Shown: piece by piece, positions 27,737-37,022 of the stretch
Numbering within the stretch: the stretch's first letter is position 1
Layout of the letters: the number at the start of each line of letters is the position of its first letter
Source of the DNA: Candidatus Omnitrophota bacterium
GTDB lineage: Bacteria; Omnitrophota; Gorgyraeia; Gygaellales; Profunditerraquicolaceae
Direction: 5' to 3'
Length of the DNA: 56,564 bases
Assembly (NCBI GenBank): GCA_041648915.1
Contig: JBAZOC010000003.1
Coordinates: 1-56,564 of the forward strand
Program-made: the position numbers and the translations under genes
Notes under the pieces: generated by a model
The model's input: only the letters and a program-made list of their open reading frames with translations
Database searches by the model: none
What the model was told of the DNA's origin: nothing

Positions 27737-28747
27737 TTAATAGTAAAGCTTATGGCAACAACGGTTACACTCTGTCCCTGGGCCGCGATACAATAAACTA
27801 TTACGAAAAGCGGCCATTGTTTTCCCTCCCCATACTTCCTGCAGAGATTCCCTATTTAAATTACCCAAGATTTTATTGCAGGCTAAAATACCGGCCCCCG
27901 GCGTTACGCTTAAGTCAGGGTAAATATTCAAACCGAACCAGGGTACGTAACATTTATTCCTGAAACGGTATGCGGAATGATAGTATTTCCTTAAATCCTT
28001 AAGGGCAATATGCGGCAAGGAGAATAACTTAAAATTAATTTTTTCTCTTTGTAATTTTTTTATTTGCTCCGCAAGGATGCTTACGTTGATCGCTTCATTC
28101 TTAGCGCTAAAAGGTTGAGCTTGCGGAATAAAATGCTGCCAGGTAAAAGAATTAACTACTCCTTTTTTGAATTTCTTACTGAAGAATAAGGCCACTTTTT
28201 CCAATAGGTGATAATCTCCGGGAGTCAAGGCAAAATTAAGGTTAATAATCTTACCCCCCGTTAAAGAATTGATGCTGGTTACCAGCGGCTCATAGATTTC
28301 TTCTAATGAAGGGTAGCTTGGCCTGTTGAGAGAAATATTTAACTGGGAGATGGAACTGCTTTTAATCAGGCCTAGATACTGTTTTAAATAATCACCGTTA
28401 GTCGTGATAGTAGGCGCATAGTTATATTTTCCGCATATTTTTAAAAATTCCGGAAATTGAGGGTGGCTTAGCGGTTCGCCGCCGAATAAATGGATATGCG
28501 CCCTTAAAAAAAATCTACGTTTTAATCCGGATATAATCCTTTCAAATGCCTCGGGTTGCATATCTCCTGAATGCCGCTGATAAAAAAAGTCCTGTTTTTG
28601 ATAACACCAGGAGCAATTCCTATTACATTTCAAAGTAATATGCAACAAGATAAATACCGGAGAGGGGATCCTGATTTTCATTAACGGTAAGAGCATTCCC
28701 CAATATGGCTTTTTAGAGATTATTTTTTTTATATTGTAAAAGGCCAT
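27737..28747 (-). CDS. Radical SAM enzyme with short Cys-rich C-terminus
   Basis: 336 aa. ITLKCNRNCSWCYQ; FGGEPLSHP. C-terminal CYVPW...ILACN...CNRCCH. The alternative start at 28696 cannot be excluded. Confidence 0.8.
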   Translation of the reverse strand: MAFYNIKKIISKKPYWGMLLPLMKIRIPSPVFILLHITLKCNRNCSWCYQKQDFFYQRHSGDMQPEAFERIISGLKRRFFLRAHIHLFGGEPLSHPQFPEFLKICGKYNYAPTITTNGDYLKQYLGLIKSSSISQLNISLNRPSYPSLEEIYEPLVTSINSLTGGKIINLNFALTPGDYHLLEKVALFFSKKFKKGVVNSFTWQHFIPQAQPFSAKNEAINVSILAEQIKKLQREKINFKLFSLPHIALKDLRKYYHSAYRFRNKCYVPWFGLNIYPDLSVTPGAGILACNKILGNLNRESLQEVWGGKTMAAFRNSLLYRGPGTECNRCCHKLYY

Positions 28748-29423
28748 AGTGTTCTTTTAATATATAAAAAACATCATACAAAATCATAATGCTGTCCTGG
28801 AATCTGTTAAATTTACTTTTCCCGCCAAAACGTCGCTCATAGGGAATGTTCGTCTCGTAACAGGCAATATCCGGATTTAACCATGCCCTTATCTTAATTT
28901 CCTGGGAAAAACCCATACCCGGGCTTGCCGGAGCTATTTTGCTGAATACCTCCTTCTTAAAGGCCCACATCCCGGACTGAGAATCTTTTAAATGAATGCC
29001 AAAAAAAAGGCTGATTAAACATGAGATTATTTTATTCCCTATCCTGTTGATCAAGGGCATCGCATTATTAAAGTTAAAATTAATACGCTCTCCGCTTATA
29101 AAAGCATATTTATCCTCCGTTAAAAGCTCTAAGAAATTTTTTATGGCCGATAAAGGGTAGCTGCCGTCGGCATCCAGGCAGATTATAACGTCTCCCTGCG
29201 CGGCTAAGATTCCGGCTTTCAAAGAAAACCCGTAACCCCTGCGCTTCTCGCAGATAACCGAAGCACCGTTAAGCTCGGATATTGCGGCGGTTTTATCAGT
29301 AGATCCGTTATCGACGACAAGAACTTCATCTACAAAATCAGGAATACCTGATAATAAACTGCCGATACACTCCTGCTCATTAAAAGCCGGAATAACCAGG
29401 GATATTTTATTTCCTTTAAACAT
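28713..29423 (-). CDS. GT2 polyprenol-phosphate glycosyltransferase-like (DPM1/ArnC/GtrB type)
   Basis: 236 aa. ISLVIPAFNEQECI; VVDNGSTDKT; LDADGSYP. Confidence 0.85.
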   Translation of the reverse strand: MFKGNKISLVIPAFNEQECIGSLLSGIPDFVDEVLVVDNGSTDKTAAISELNGASVICEKRRGYGFSLKAGILAAQGDVIICLDADGSYPLSAIKNFLELLTEDKYAFISGERINFNFNNAMPLINRIGNKIISCLISLFFGIHLKDSQSGMWAFKKEVFSKIAPASPGMGFSQEIKIRAWLNPDIACYETNIPYERRFGGKSKFNRFQDSIMILYDVFYILKEHYGLLQYKKNNL

Positions 29424-29457
29424 TTATCGGCCAAATAGAAAATAACGGATCCTAAAC

Positions 29458-30642
29458 TTAGAAAATAAAACTGCCGCAAAAAATATCGTCCATTACCGAA
29501 GCATATTTATCCAACATGGCCTTTTGGTAGGCAGAATCAATCTTAACCACCCTGGCGGCTGCTTCCCTGCAATACCCGCAGGCAGCGCAGGAAATCAAAT
29601 CGCATTTACCGGGTATATTTTCGATAAAACCATTCAATTGCTTGTTATCGATATAAACTTCGAGCCTGGAGAGTAATTGCGAGAATTTTAATAACCTGAA
29701 AATATCCGCAGGCAAAGGCAGGGACAAATGGAATAACTTATAAATCCACCCTTTGTGAGCGCCAAAACTCTTCCCCTGGAAAGTATGGAATAAATCCAAG
29801 AAATTACCCGAATAGGACCTCTGAAGATAAGCATGGATTATCCTGGCCAGCATGTCGCTGGGTAAGCGTCTGTCTACAAGCTTAATGCTATCCACTCCTA
29901 ATCTCTCATAAAAATCAATGTCTTCCGGCCTAATCCAATCCGAACGGATAAAATTTACCGGGTCCTCAAGGCGTTTTAACCGGCAGTTAACAAGATGGTA
30001 ATCAAACATATACCCTCTGCAGCTATGCCAACCCTGGGAAGCGTGGGAATTCATGAGCGCATGATTGATATATTCGGGGCAGTTAACTAAACAGGCATTA
30101 TTGGCTATTAACTGGACTTTGGAGTGGATAGTTTTTTTAAGCTCCCGGATCAGTGAAAAATTACGATTTATCGCCGGGCCCGGAAAAGTTATTTTTTCTG
30201 CGCCAAGCTCATCCCAAAATATTGCCTTACTTAAGGAGTCGACATTCGCCAATGCCGAAACCGTAATCGAAAGCGCAGGGTAATTCTTCTTAACCCACAT
30301 TGCCAGATAGGGGACTGAAATAGTAACCGCATCAACCCCGGCATCCACTATCCAGCTTAATAGACGCCTGAATTTTTTTTGCCCCTCCCTGGTCAATTCC
30401 CGATTATCCAGGCATAAAGCGTTCAGGAGATAATTAAACCTGAAGCCCTTTCTGCGCAAGTTTATGATCTGCTTCTTGGCCTTCTTTTTTGAAATAAACG
30501 CTAAGGAAGAAGACGGCCTGCCGCCGCCGATATCATCAAAGGTGAGCTTGCCGTACACCTCCTTGATCTCCCCCGTTGTATTAGCTAGGCTAATCTTACC
30601 GGTTAGCTCTTCTTGCCAATTCGTGGGAACAGAAAATTCCAT
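29458..30642 (-). CDS. U32-family protein (same family as PrtC, UbiU/UbiV, RlhA and TrhP)
   Basis: 394 aa. GVDAVTISVPYLAMWVKKNYPALSITVSALANV...KITFPGPAINRNFSLIREL...VQLIANNACLVNC aligns by eye with the E. coli UbiU core. C-terminal C-X4-C-X2-C-X2-C. GAGGG Shine-Dalgarno before the ATG at 30642. Confidence 0.7.
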   Translation of the reverse strand: MEFSVPTNWQEELTGKISLANTTGEIKEVYGKLTFDDIGGGRPSSSLAFISKKKAKKQIINLRRKGFRFNYLLNALCLDNRELTREGQKKFRRLLSWIVDAGVDAVTISVPYLAMWVKKNYPALSITVSALANVDSLSKAIFWDELGAEKITFPGPAINRNFSLIRELKKTIHSKVQLIANNACLVNCPEYINHALMNSHASQGWHSCRGYMFDYHLVNCRLKRLEDPVNFIRSDWIRPEDIDFYERLGVDSIKLVDRRLPSDMLARIIHAYLQRSYSGNFLDLFHTFQGKSFGAHKGWIYKLFHLSLPLPADIFRLLKFSQLLSRLEVYIDNKQLNGFIENIPGKCDLISCAACGYCREAAARVVKIDSAYQKAMLDKYASVMDDIFCGSFIF

Positions 30643-32120
30643 TTTTTCCCTCTGGGATACTTATTGCTTATCCATAATTTTAATCTCTTCAGGACTCCGG
30701 AGTAAAAAAGCGAAAGCAGCCAGAATCCTCCGTACAAAATATTTTCATACCTTATCGTGCCCCTTAGAAGATGGCGGAGTATGACTTTCGGCCGGGCGTA
30801 AAACTCCAACATTGCCCTTCTCTGCAAATAACGTAAAATATTGCTGTCCATGCCTTGCGGTGTATAGATGAAATCTTCTGAAAAATTGACCCAATCAAAC
30901 CAGCTGGTAAATCTCTCGGGATTACTGATTTTGTTCATCCTTTTATAATCTTCAAAGAAGCGGGAACCTGGATAAGGCATAGCAACGTTAAACTTTACCA
31001 GATCACAGTCCAGCTCTTTAGCAAAATTTATAGTATCCTTGCAGGTCCTTATGCTCTCTCCGGGCAACCCCAGGATAAATAGGCCCTGGCTTAAAATTCC
31101 TGCCTTTCTGGTTTGCTGAAGAGCGAACCTTGCCTGTTCCAGAGTAGTCCCCTTATTCAAAGAATCCATTATCCGCTGGTTTCCTACTTCTACGCCGTAC
31201 ATTATCAGATGCACGCCAGCCTCCTTCATCGCCTCTAACAATCTCGGGGTAACTTTGTCTACCCGGGTTTCCGTACACCATTCTATTTTTTTATTCAAAT
31301 TGCGCTTAATTAAAGAAGCACAGAATTCTAAGCCGCTTGTTTCATCAAAAGGAAAATAGGCGTCACTGAACCCAAAAATTTTTATACCGTGATTATTATA
31401 AAAATACTCCATCTCATCGATTACTTTATTCAAATTCCTATACCTTACCTGTTTGTAAATTTTATCCTGCGAACAGTAGTAGCATCTAAAATCACACCCG
31501 CGGGAGGCTATTATGGGAAAAGCCCTGGCCTTTTTGATCGCTACCAGAGGGACTTCCGTATAGTTATCCAGGTTAAGCTCTTCCCAGGCCGGGTACGGTA
31601 AAGAATCCAGATCAGCAATAACCTCTCTTTCGGGATTATGGACAATCTGTCCGTCTATTTTAAAACTTATACCCGGTAAGCCTTCAAGCCCTTTATTACG
31701 GCTTAAGCGCTGGCATAATTCGACCAGGGTGTTCTCCCCCTCTCCTCGGACGACGATATCGGCGGTGCCTTCACTAAGGACTTCCTGCGGAAAACAAGTA
31801 GCATGGATGTTTCCCAAAACAATCTTGCTCTTGCCGCTAAGCTCTTTTATTGCCAAGGCTAATCTTCTGACATCTCTGATTACGGGGGTTAAAGCGGAAA
31901 AACCGATCACATCAGGCTTGCGGTCCTTGATTATATTTAACAACACCGCATCCGGCATCTTATCGGCAAACTGGTCAATAATAGAGACTTCAAAACCGTT
32001 CTTTTTCAGGATACCGGCTAAGTAGGCTAAACCCAGCGGGGCAATCGGTGTAAAAAATTTCTTATAGGCCCAGTTCTTATTGATTAAAGATGAATTCGGA
32101 TTGATTAATAAAACTCTCAT
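30603..32120 (-). CDS. B12-binding-domain radical SAM enzyme
   Basis: 505 aa. MRVLLINPNSS; VLGNIHATCFP; ASRGCDFRCYYCSQ. Clear paralog of 46060..47481. Confidence 0.85.
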   Translation of the reverse strand: MRVLLINPNSSLINKNWAYKKFFTPIAPLGLAYLAGILKKNGFEVSIIDQFADKMPDAVLLNIIKDRKPDVIGFSALTPVIRDVRRLALAIKELSGKSKIVLGNIHATCFPQEVLSEGTADIVVRGEGENTLVELCQRLSRNKGLEGLPGISFKIDGQIVHNPEREVIADLDSLPYPAWEELNLDNYTEVPLVAIKKARAFPIIASRGCDFRCYYCSQDKIYKQVRYRNLNKVIDEMEYFYNNHGIKIFGFSDAYFPFDETSGLEFCASLIKRNLNKKIEWCTETRVDKVTPRLLEAMKEAGVHLIMYGVEVGNQRIMDSLNKGTTLEQARFALQQTRKAGILSQGLFILGLPGESIRTCKDTINFAKELDCDLVKFNVAMPYPGSRFFEDYKRMNKISNPERFTSWFDWVNFSEDFIYTPQGMDSNILRYLQRRAMLEFYARPKVILRHLLRGTIRYENILYGGFWLLSLFYSGVLKRLKLWISNKYPRGKKWNFLFPRIGKKS

Positions 32121-32138
32121 CTGCTCACCGCGAATAGC

Positions 32139-33762
32139 TTAACCATCTGTTTTAATGAATAAATACAGGTCAGCGCCTTCTGATGGAATGAATATTTTTT
32201 GCCTGTACCTTTCCCGGATCTTCCCGAGGGCTATATCTTCTTCGCAACCATCCTGGCGCTCGCCGAAACTGGAAAAAAATAACCATAACCTTTTTTTGAT
32301 GCCCGAATCTTCAAAAGTATATAATTTTTCGGGCAAAAACATTACCGGATGCCTCCATCTATTTTCGCAAATGAGTAGATTTTTATTTTGCCCGGAGAGA
32401 GAGATGACTCTGCCCCTGTCTATCTCCATGCGTAAATCATGGCTTACGGGAATCCGATCAGCATAGAACTTAAAAGGAAAAACCGTACTTTTGGAAGTAT
32501 GAAAGATTTTATCACCTTTTTGATAATTCCCTAGGATAATTTTAAAGACACCCTTAAGGTCCTGTTTTTTTGATACTCCGATATGCTGTCTATAATCCTG
32601 GGGTAGACTATTTAAGTAATAATTCTTCAGCCCTAAAAGAAATAGTACCGATATTAATAGAACTAATAGAAATCTCCTTTTAAAATTACCCAGGCCTGCA
32701 CCTATGCCTAACAGGTAAAACGGCAATACCGGGAAGAGGTACCTGTAAACATAGCAGGCTTTAATTCTAGAAAGAAAAAATAATAATAAAACCGGGATGA
32801 GCGTTAAAAAGACGGCTAACTGCGCCAGGTTATTTTTACGGTATTTATAGATACCGGCTATAAAAAAACAGAAACAGGCCAAAGTAGCAAATTTACCGGT
32901 TAGAGCATAATAATCCGTATTATAACCAACAGTGAGATTTTTGAAAGTATAGAGTAAATTCCTGAAGTCAGCCTTTTCCACCCAGGGATAAGAATAGATA
33001 TGGGCGTAGATAAAATTACTAGGCAAAACGAGTTTTAAGTTCTGGTATAAGGTTAGCATAAGGGGAGCCAGAAGAAATAGGATTACCAAATGGGTAAAAA
33101 TAGCCGCTTTTAAAAGCCCCCTGTCTTTTCTTGCTTTCCAGACTATGAAAACGAACGAAGAAAATAAAAGGATTAAATTTGTATAAAGAAAATAGATATT
33201 CAGAACGTTAACCAAAGCGTATGCCTGCCAATATCTTCCCCGGTTATCCTCCAATATTTAACAATAGGTAGGCGGAAATTAAGGCCAAAAGGCAGGTTGC
33301 GGCATACGGCCTTAATTCCTGCGCATAATATATATGAAACGGCGAAATGGCCAAGAGAAAGCTTGTTAAATAAGCTATCCCGATATTAAGGAATTTTCTT
33401 GCCAAGAAGTATACAAAGTAAACAGACAAAATTGCAAATAGAACCGAAGAGAATCTTAAGGCAAACTCCGACCTTCCAAATAATGCCTGCCAGTAATATA
33501 TGAAACCATGGTCATAGAGAGTCAAATAATCCTGGTGATTCGCCGTAAAATCCCGGTCAAATAACCTGCTTAAAGAGTGCAGCTGGCCTAAGCCCCGGCT
33601 GTCCAGGACGCTAGTCGCCTCGTCATGCCAAAGGGTGTAGCTATCCAATTTATGTACTCTTAGGATTAAAGCCGCGGCAATAATTAATCCGAGGATAATG
33701 CATCCTTGGATATGTTTTTTTTGGATTAAAACAGCAAACGTATTTTTCACTGATAATTTCAT
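32139..33762 (-). pseudogene. GT-C glycosyltransferase split into two ORFs (33244..33762 and 32139..33254); probable frameshift pseudogene or two-piece gene
   Basis: The 172-aa N-part has LWHDEATS and ISPFHIYYAQELRPYA. The 371-aa C-part continues the alignment to the intact paralog at 41208..42791 (YWQAYALVNVLNIYFLYT versus FWAVNILANVSSVYLVYT). The C-part begins only with a TTG. The frames overlap within 33244..33257. Confidence 0.55.
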
Positions 33763-33783
33763 GAAGATATCGTTAAAAACAGG

Positions 33784-35931
33784 TTATTTACCAATCAAAA
33801 AATTAAGCCCGTTAAGAGGAGTGTCTTTAAATAAATCCCTGGCTTTATGATAATAGACCCGATATTCTTCCGGAAGACTATCGGCGTAATTTTTTCCGGT
33901 ATAATCCTCGCTAAATTCGTTCAATAAACAAAAATATAACCCCATACCGGTAAGTAAATATTCGCGGATAGGGCTGCTATAGTTATTGAATAATTTTACG
34001 CTTTTCCGGGCATCTCCGGAGAAGAAATTAGCGACGCTTGCGCCTACTCCGATATAATAATACCGCAGATAATCCGGGTTGAACCTGTAAGTTAATTCCG
34101 GAAAATTATTTAAATATACCTTTCTAGGGATTTCATTGCCTTCGGCGGCACCGTAAAAAAGATAGGCTAAATACCGGTCCCCAGCGGGCAAGCTATCGGC
34201 CAAAGCATCTATTTCCAGGTTAAGGGAGCTAAACTCTCCCTCCCACCTTTCTGTTAATAGGCCCTCGACTACTCCCAGATAGAAGAAATCGCGGTAGCTT
34301 CCTGGGGCCTCCACCTTAGCGCATTCCTTGAAAAACTGTTCAATATTGTAAAAACTGCCCGGTATATTCTTGAGCCTGGCCTGGTAAAAAGAATCCGCCA
34401 TTCCTCTGCCTACTCCCCTATAAAAACCCTTGCAGACATCTGGGGGCATATCGCTAATCCCGGTTAACGCAATATATTGCTTAAGGCTGCCGCCGCTGAA
34501 AAAGCGTTGGCTTAAATTAAAACCGTAACCCGCGTAAGCATTCCGGATACCATACCCTACTTTAATCTTACTTATCAGGCTACTTACCCTAGGCATATTT
34601 AACCCGTGCCTATCCATAGCTACCCGGCCAACTAAATCATAATAAACAGCGGGAGAATTCAGATAGTTGTTTCTAAAATCCAGGGAATAAACTAGCCTTC
34701 CGTTACCGACAAGCCCCAGAATAATCATTGCAATAAACACTATTACCCCAATACCCTTGGCTAGAGCATTCTTCATAGCAAGCAATTTATCTATGCCTAA
34801 CGCTATGCTTATAAAAATACACGGAAAAAGGATAACCGCATACCGGTAATCGCTTATGCCCCGGCCAGAATCTCCATACCTAAAAAAGCTTAAAATATAT
34901 ACTAACAGGTAAAAGCAGGGAAATGACACAATTAATGCATATTGAAGATAACCTGCCCCAGACAATTCTCCCGTATTATCTTTTTGGGGTAATGAGTAAT
35001 TATAGATAAATTTCCTTAGTATAAAAAAGAACAGGTATAAAAGGGAAACCGTAAAAAGCGCATAGTAAATTAAATTAAAAAGAGGCCCAAAGCAGCTCGC
35101 ATAATCATCAAAAATAAAAATCTTATATCCGTTTTGAAAAAAATGCAGTAAATCCGGAAATATATCAGTAAATTTTAGACCCTGCAGATAAAGGATCCCG
35201 TGGCTTACGATCTCTGCTCCCTTAAAACTATTCCTGGCATTATAGATGTACCAGGGCAAAAAACCTAAGGCCAGCGATAATAGATATAAAAGATATTTCT
35301 TGCTAAGGAAGAAGGCCTTATCCCTGATAAGCCAGATAAATGAATAAGTAATTATGGCTATCAGGGTCAAGTGGGAATACCACAAAGAAAAACCGCTTAA
35401 AAAACCTAGCAATAGATAATTAGCCGTAGAGGGCCTGCAATAAATAAGGTTCAGGAAGATCAAAAAAAGTATAACGCTAAAGGTAGCCGCTTCGGTATGC
35501 GAGCCGGCAATTATTAGCGAACGGACCATGAATAAGGGCGGCGAAAGGATATAGAAAATAGAGGTCAATACCGCGGCCCTTCTATTAAAATATTTTTCAA
35601 CCAGCAAAAAGATAAAGATTAAACCTAGAGAATGAAAAAAAACAGAAGTCAAAACTAAAGCTATTATCTTAGGGCCGAATAAAATAAAAAACGGCAAAGC
35701 CAGGGCTGCCGCTGCTACCGAGCCTCCGTTGTAAGAAACAACCTGGAAATCCCAGGGCGGGATTGCCCAGCCTTCCCTAAGCCCTAAGGCAATTGTCCCG
35801 ACATAAGGCTCCTCTCCCTGCCGGATTAAGCGTTCCGAAGAAAGCATTACTACCGTGCGCACACAAATAAAGAATAGCACAATTAAGAAGATGCTCACGG
35901 CCCTATTCTTTAAAAAAGAGTTAACCGACAT
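33784..35931 (-). CDS. Large GT-C-like polytopic membrane protein with C-terminal soluble domain
   Basis: 715 aa. VEKYFNRRAAVLTSIFYILSPPLFMV is an ArnT/PMT_2-like core. About 13 TM segments. Confidence 0.5.
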   Translation of the reverse strand: MSVNSFLKNRAVSIFLIVLFFICVRTVVMLSSERLIRQGEEPYVGTIALGLREGWAIPPWDFQVVSYNGGSVAAAALALPFFILFGPKIIALVLTSVFFHSLGLIFIFLLVEKYFNRRAAVLTSIFYILSPPLFMVRSLIIAGSHTEAATFSVILFLIFLNLIYCRPSTANYLLLGFLSGFSLWYSHLTLIAIITYSFIWLIRDKAFFLSKKYLLYLLSLALGFLPWYIYNARNSFKGAEIVSHGILYLQGLKFTDIFPDLLHFFQNGYKIFIFDDYASCFGPLFNLIYYALFTVSLLYLFFFILRKFIYNYSLPQKDNTGELSGAGYLQYALIVSFPCFYLLVYILSFFRYGDSGRGISDYRYAVILFPCIFISIALGIDKLLAMKNALAKGIGVIVFIAMIILGLVGNGRLVYSLDFRNNYLNSPAVYYDLVGRVAMDRHGLNMPRVSSLISKIKVGYGIRNAYAGYGFNLSQRFFSGGSLKQYIALTGISDMPPDVCKGFYRGVGRGMADSFYQARLKNIPGSFYNIEQFFKECAKVEAPGSYRDFFYLGVVEGLLTERWEGEFSSLNLEIDALADSLPAGDRYLAYLFYGAAEGNEIPRKVYLNNFPELTYRFNPDYLRYYYIGVGASVANFFSGDARKSVKLFNNYSSPIREYLLTGMGLYFCLLNEFSEDYTGKNYADSLPEEYRVYYHKARDLFKDTPLNGLNFLIGK

Positions 35932-35949
35932 AATTAATCAATAAAAAAA

Positions 35950-37017
35950 TTAAAACTGCCTCGCTGCGATAAAAGAACCCGCATCTCCGGAACCATGCGG
36001 GCAATAAGAACAAATATCGGATGAATTTATATTCTGTTTTATCCGGCGCCGGAAATCAATATACCTATTATTCCATATTTTACTTATATCTTCTATAAAT
36101 ATATTACCCATTTTCTCGATGGAAAAATAGTCAGAGCAGCAAGGAATAACCCCTCCATCCGCGTTAATAACTAAGGTCTGCCAGGGAATACTGCAAAACC
36201 CTTTACGCAGCCCTGTATCTTTATAACAATCCAGCAGGTATTGATCGTTCTGAGGCAGAAAATCATTCGCTAATTTAAAACTCTTAAGCGTACTAACTTT
36301 TTTTAACGTTGCCCTGTCTAACCCCCAGGAATAAGCCAGGGGGAAAAAGCCGTCAACCTGATGTTCATTGCCCTTCATAACGATAAACTGCAATTCTAGG
36401 ATAGGGAATTTGGACTTCTTTTCTTGCTTTAAAATACACGCCTGCCTTACATTATTCTCAACCTCTGCTAGTTTTGCCGTATTCCTATATTCCCGGTAGA
36501 CATCCTCGGTAATCCCGTCAACACAAATGATTAAATATTTTAACCCGGCAGCGAATAGGTCCAGGCTCTTTGCCCGGTCCAATAAAATCCCGTTAGTGCT
36601 CAAAACTGTGACTATGCCTTTCTTCGAACAATACGCGATCATCCGGCTTAGCTCGGGGTTCAACAGCGGCTCGCCATAATTCCATAATCCTACGAAAAAC
36701 AAGGAATCGCCGATCTTATCGATTATTTCTTTAAATTTAGCGTAGGGCATATCGCATTCCGCCCTGTTAAATTTATATAATGTCCTCCAGCACATTTTAC
36801 ATTTGAGATTGCAGCGCGAGCTCGGTTCAAGCATCAGGTATAATGGCAGATGCGAAACCTTTTCCCGTTTGAAAATACCGTTATATAAAAAAAGTAGTAG
36901 ATTTATGAATACCTTAGGCCGGCAGAGCCGGATAAAGATAATAGAGAAAATAGCGCGTAAGCCCCATATATCCCTGAGCCCTAAAGGCCGGTTAAAGATG
37001 AATCTCTTGATGTCCAT
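35950..37017 (-). CDS. Radical SAM / SPASM-domain enzyme (paralog family 2)
   Basis: 355 aa. EPSSRCNLKCKMCW; NYGEPLLNP; CSIPWQTLVINADGGVIPCC...IWNN...CSYCPHG. Confidence 0.85.
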   Translation of the reverse strand: MDIKRFIFNRPLGLRDIWGLRAIFSIIFIRLCRPKVFINLLLFLYNGIFKREKVSHLPLYLMLEPSSRCNLKCKMCWRTLYKFNRAECDMPYAKFKEIIDKIGDSLFFVGLWNYGEPLLNPELSRMIAYCSKKGIVTVLSTNGILLDRAKSLDLFAAGLKYLIICVDGITEDVYREYRNTAKLAEVENNVRQACILKQEKKSKFPILELQFIVMKGNEHQVDGFFPLAYSWGLDRATLKKVSTLKSFKLANDFLPQNDQYLLDCYKDTGLRKGFCSIPWQTLVINADGGVIPCCSDYFSIEKMGNIFIEDISKIWNNRYIDFRRRIKQNINSSDICSYCPHGSGDAGSFIAARQF

Positions 37018-37022
37018 AGCCC

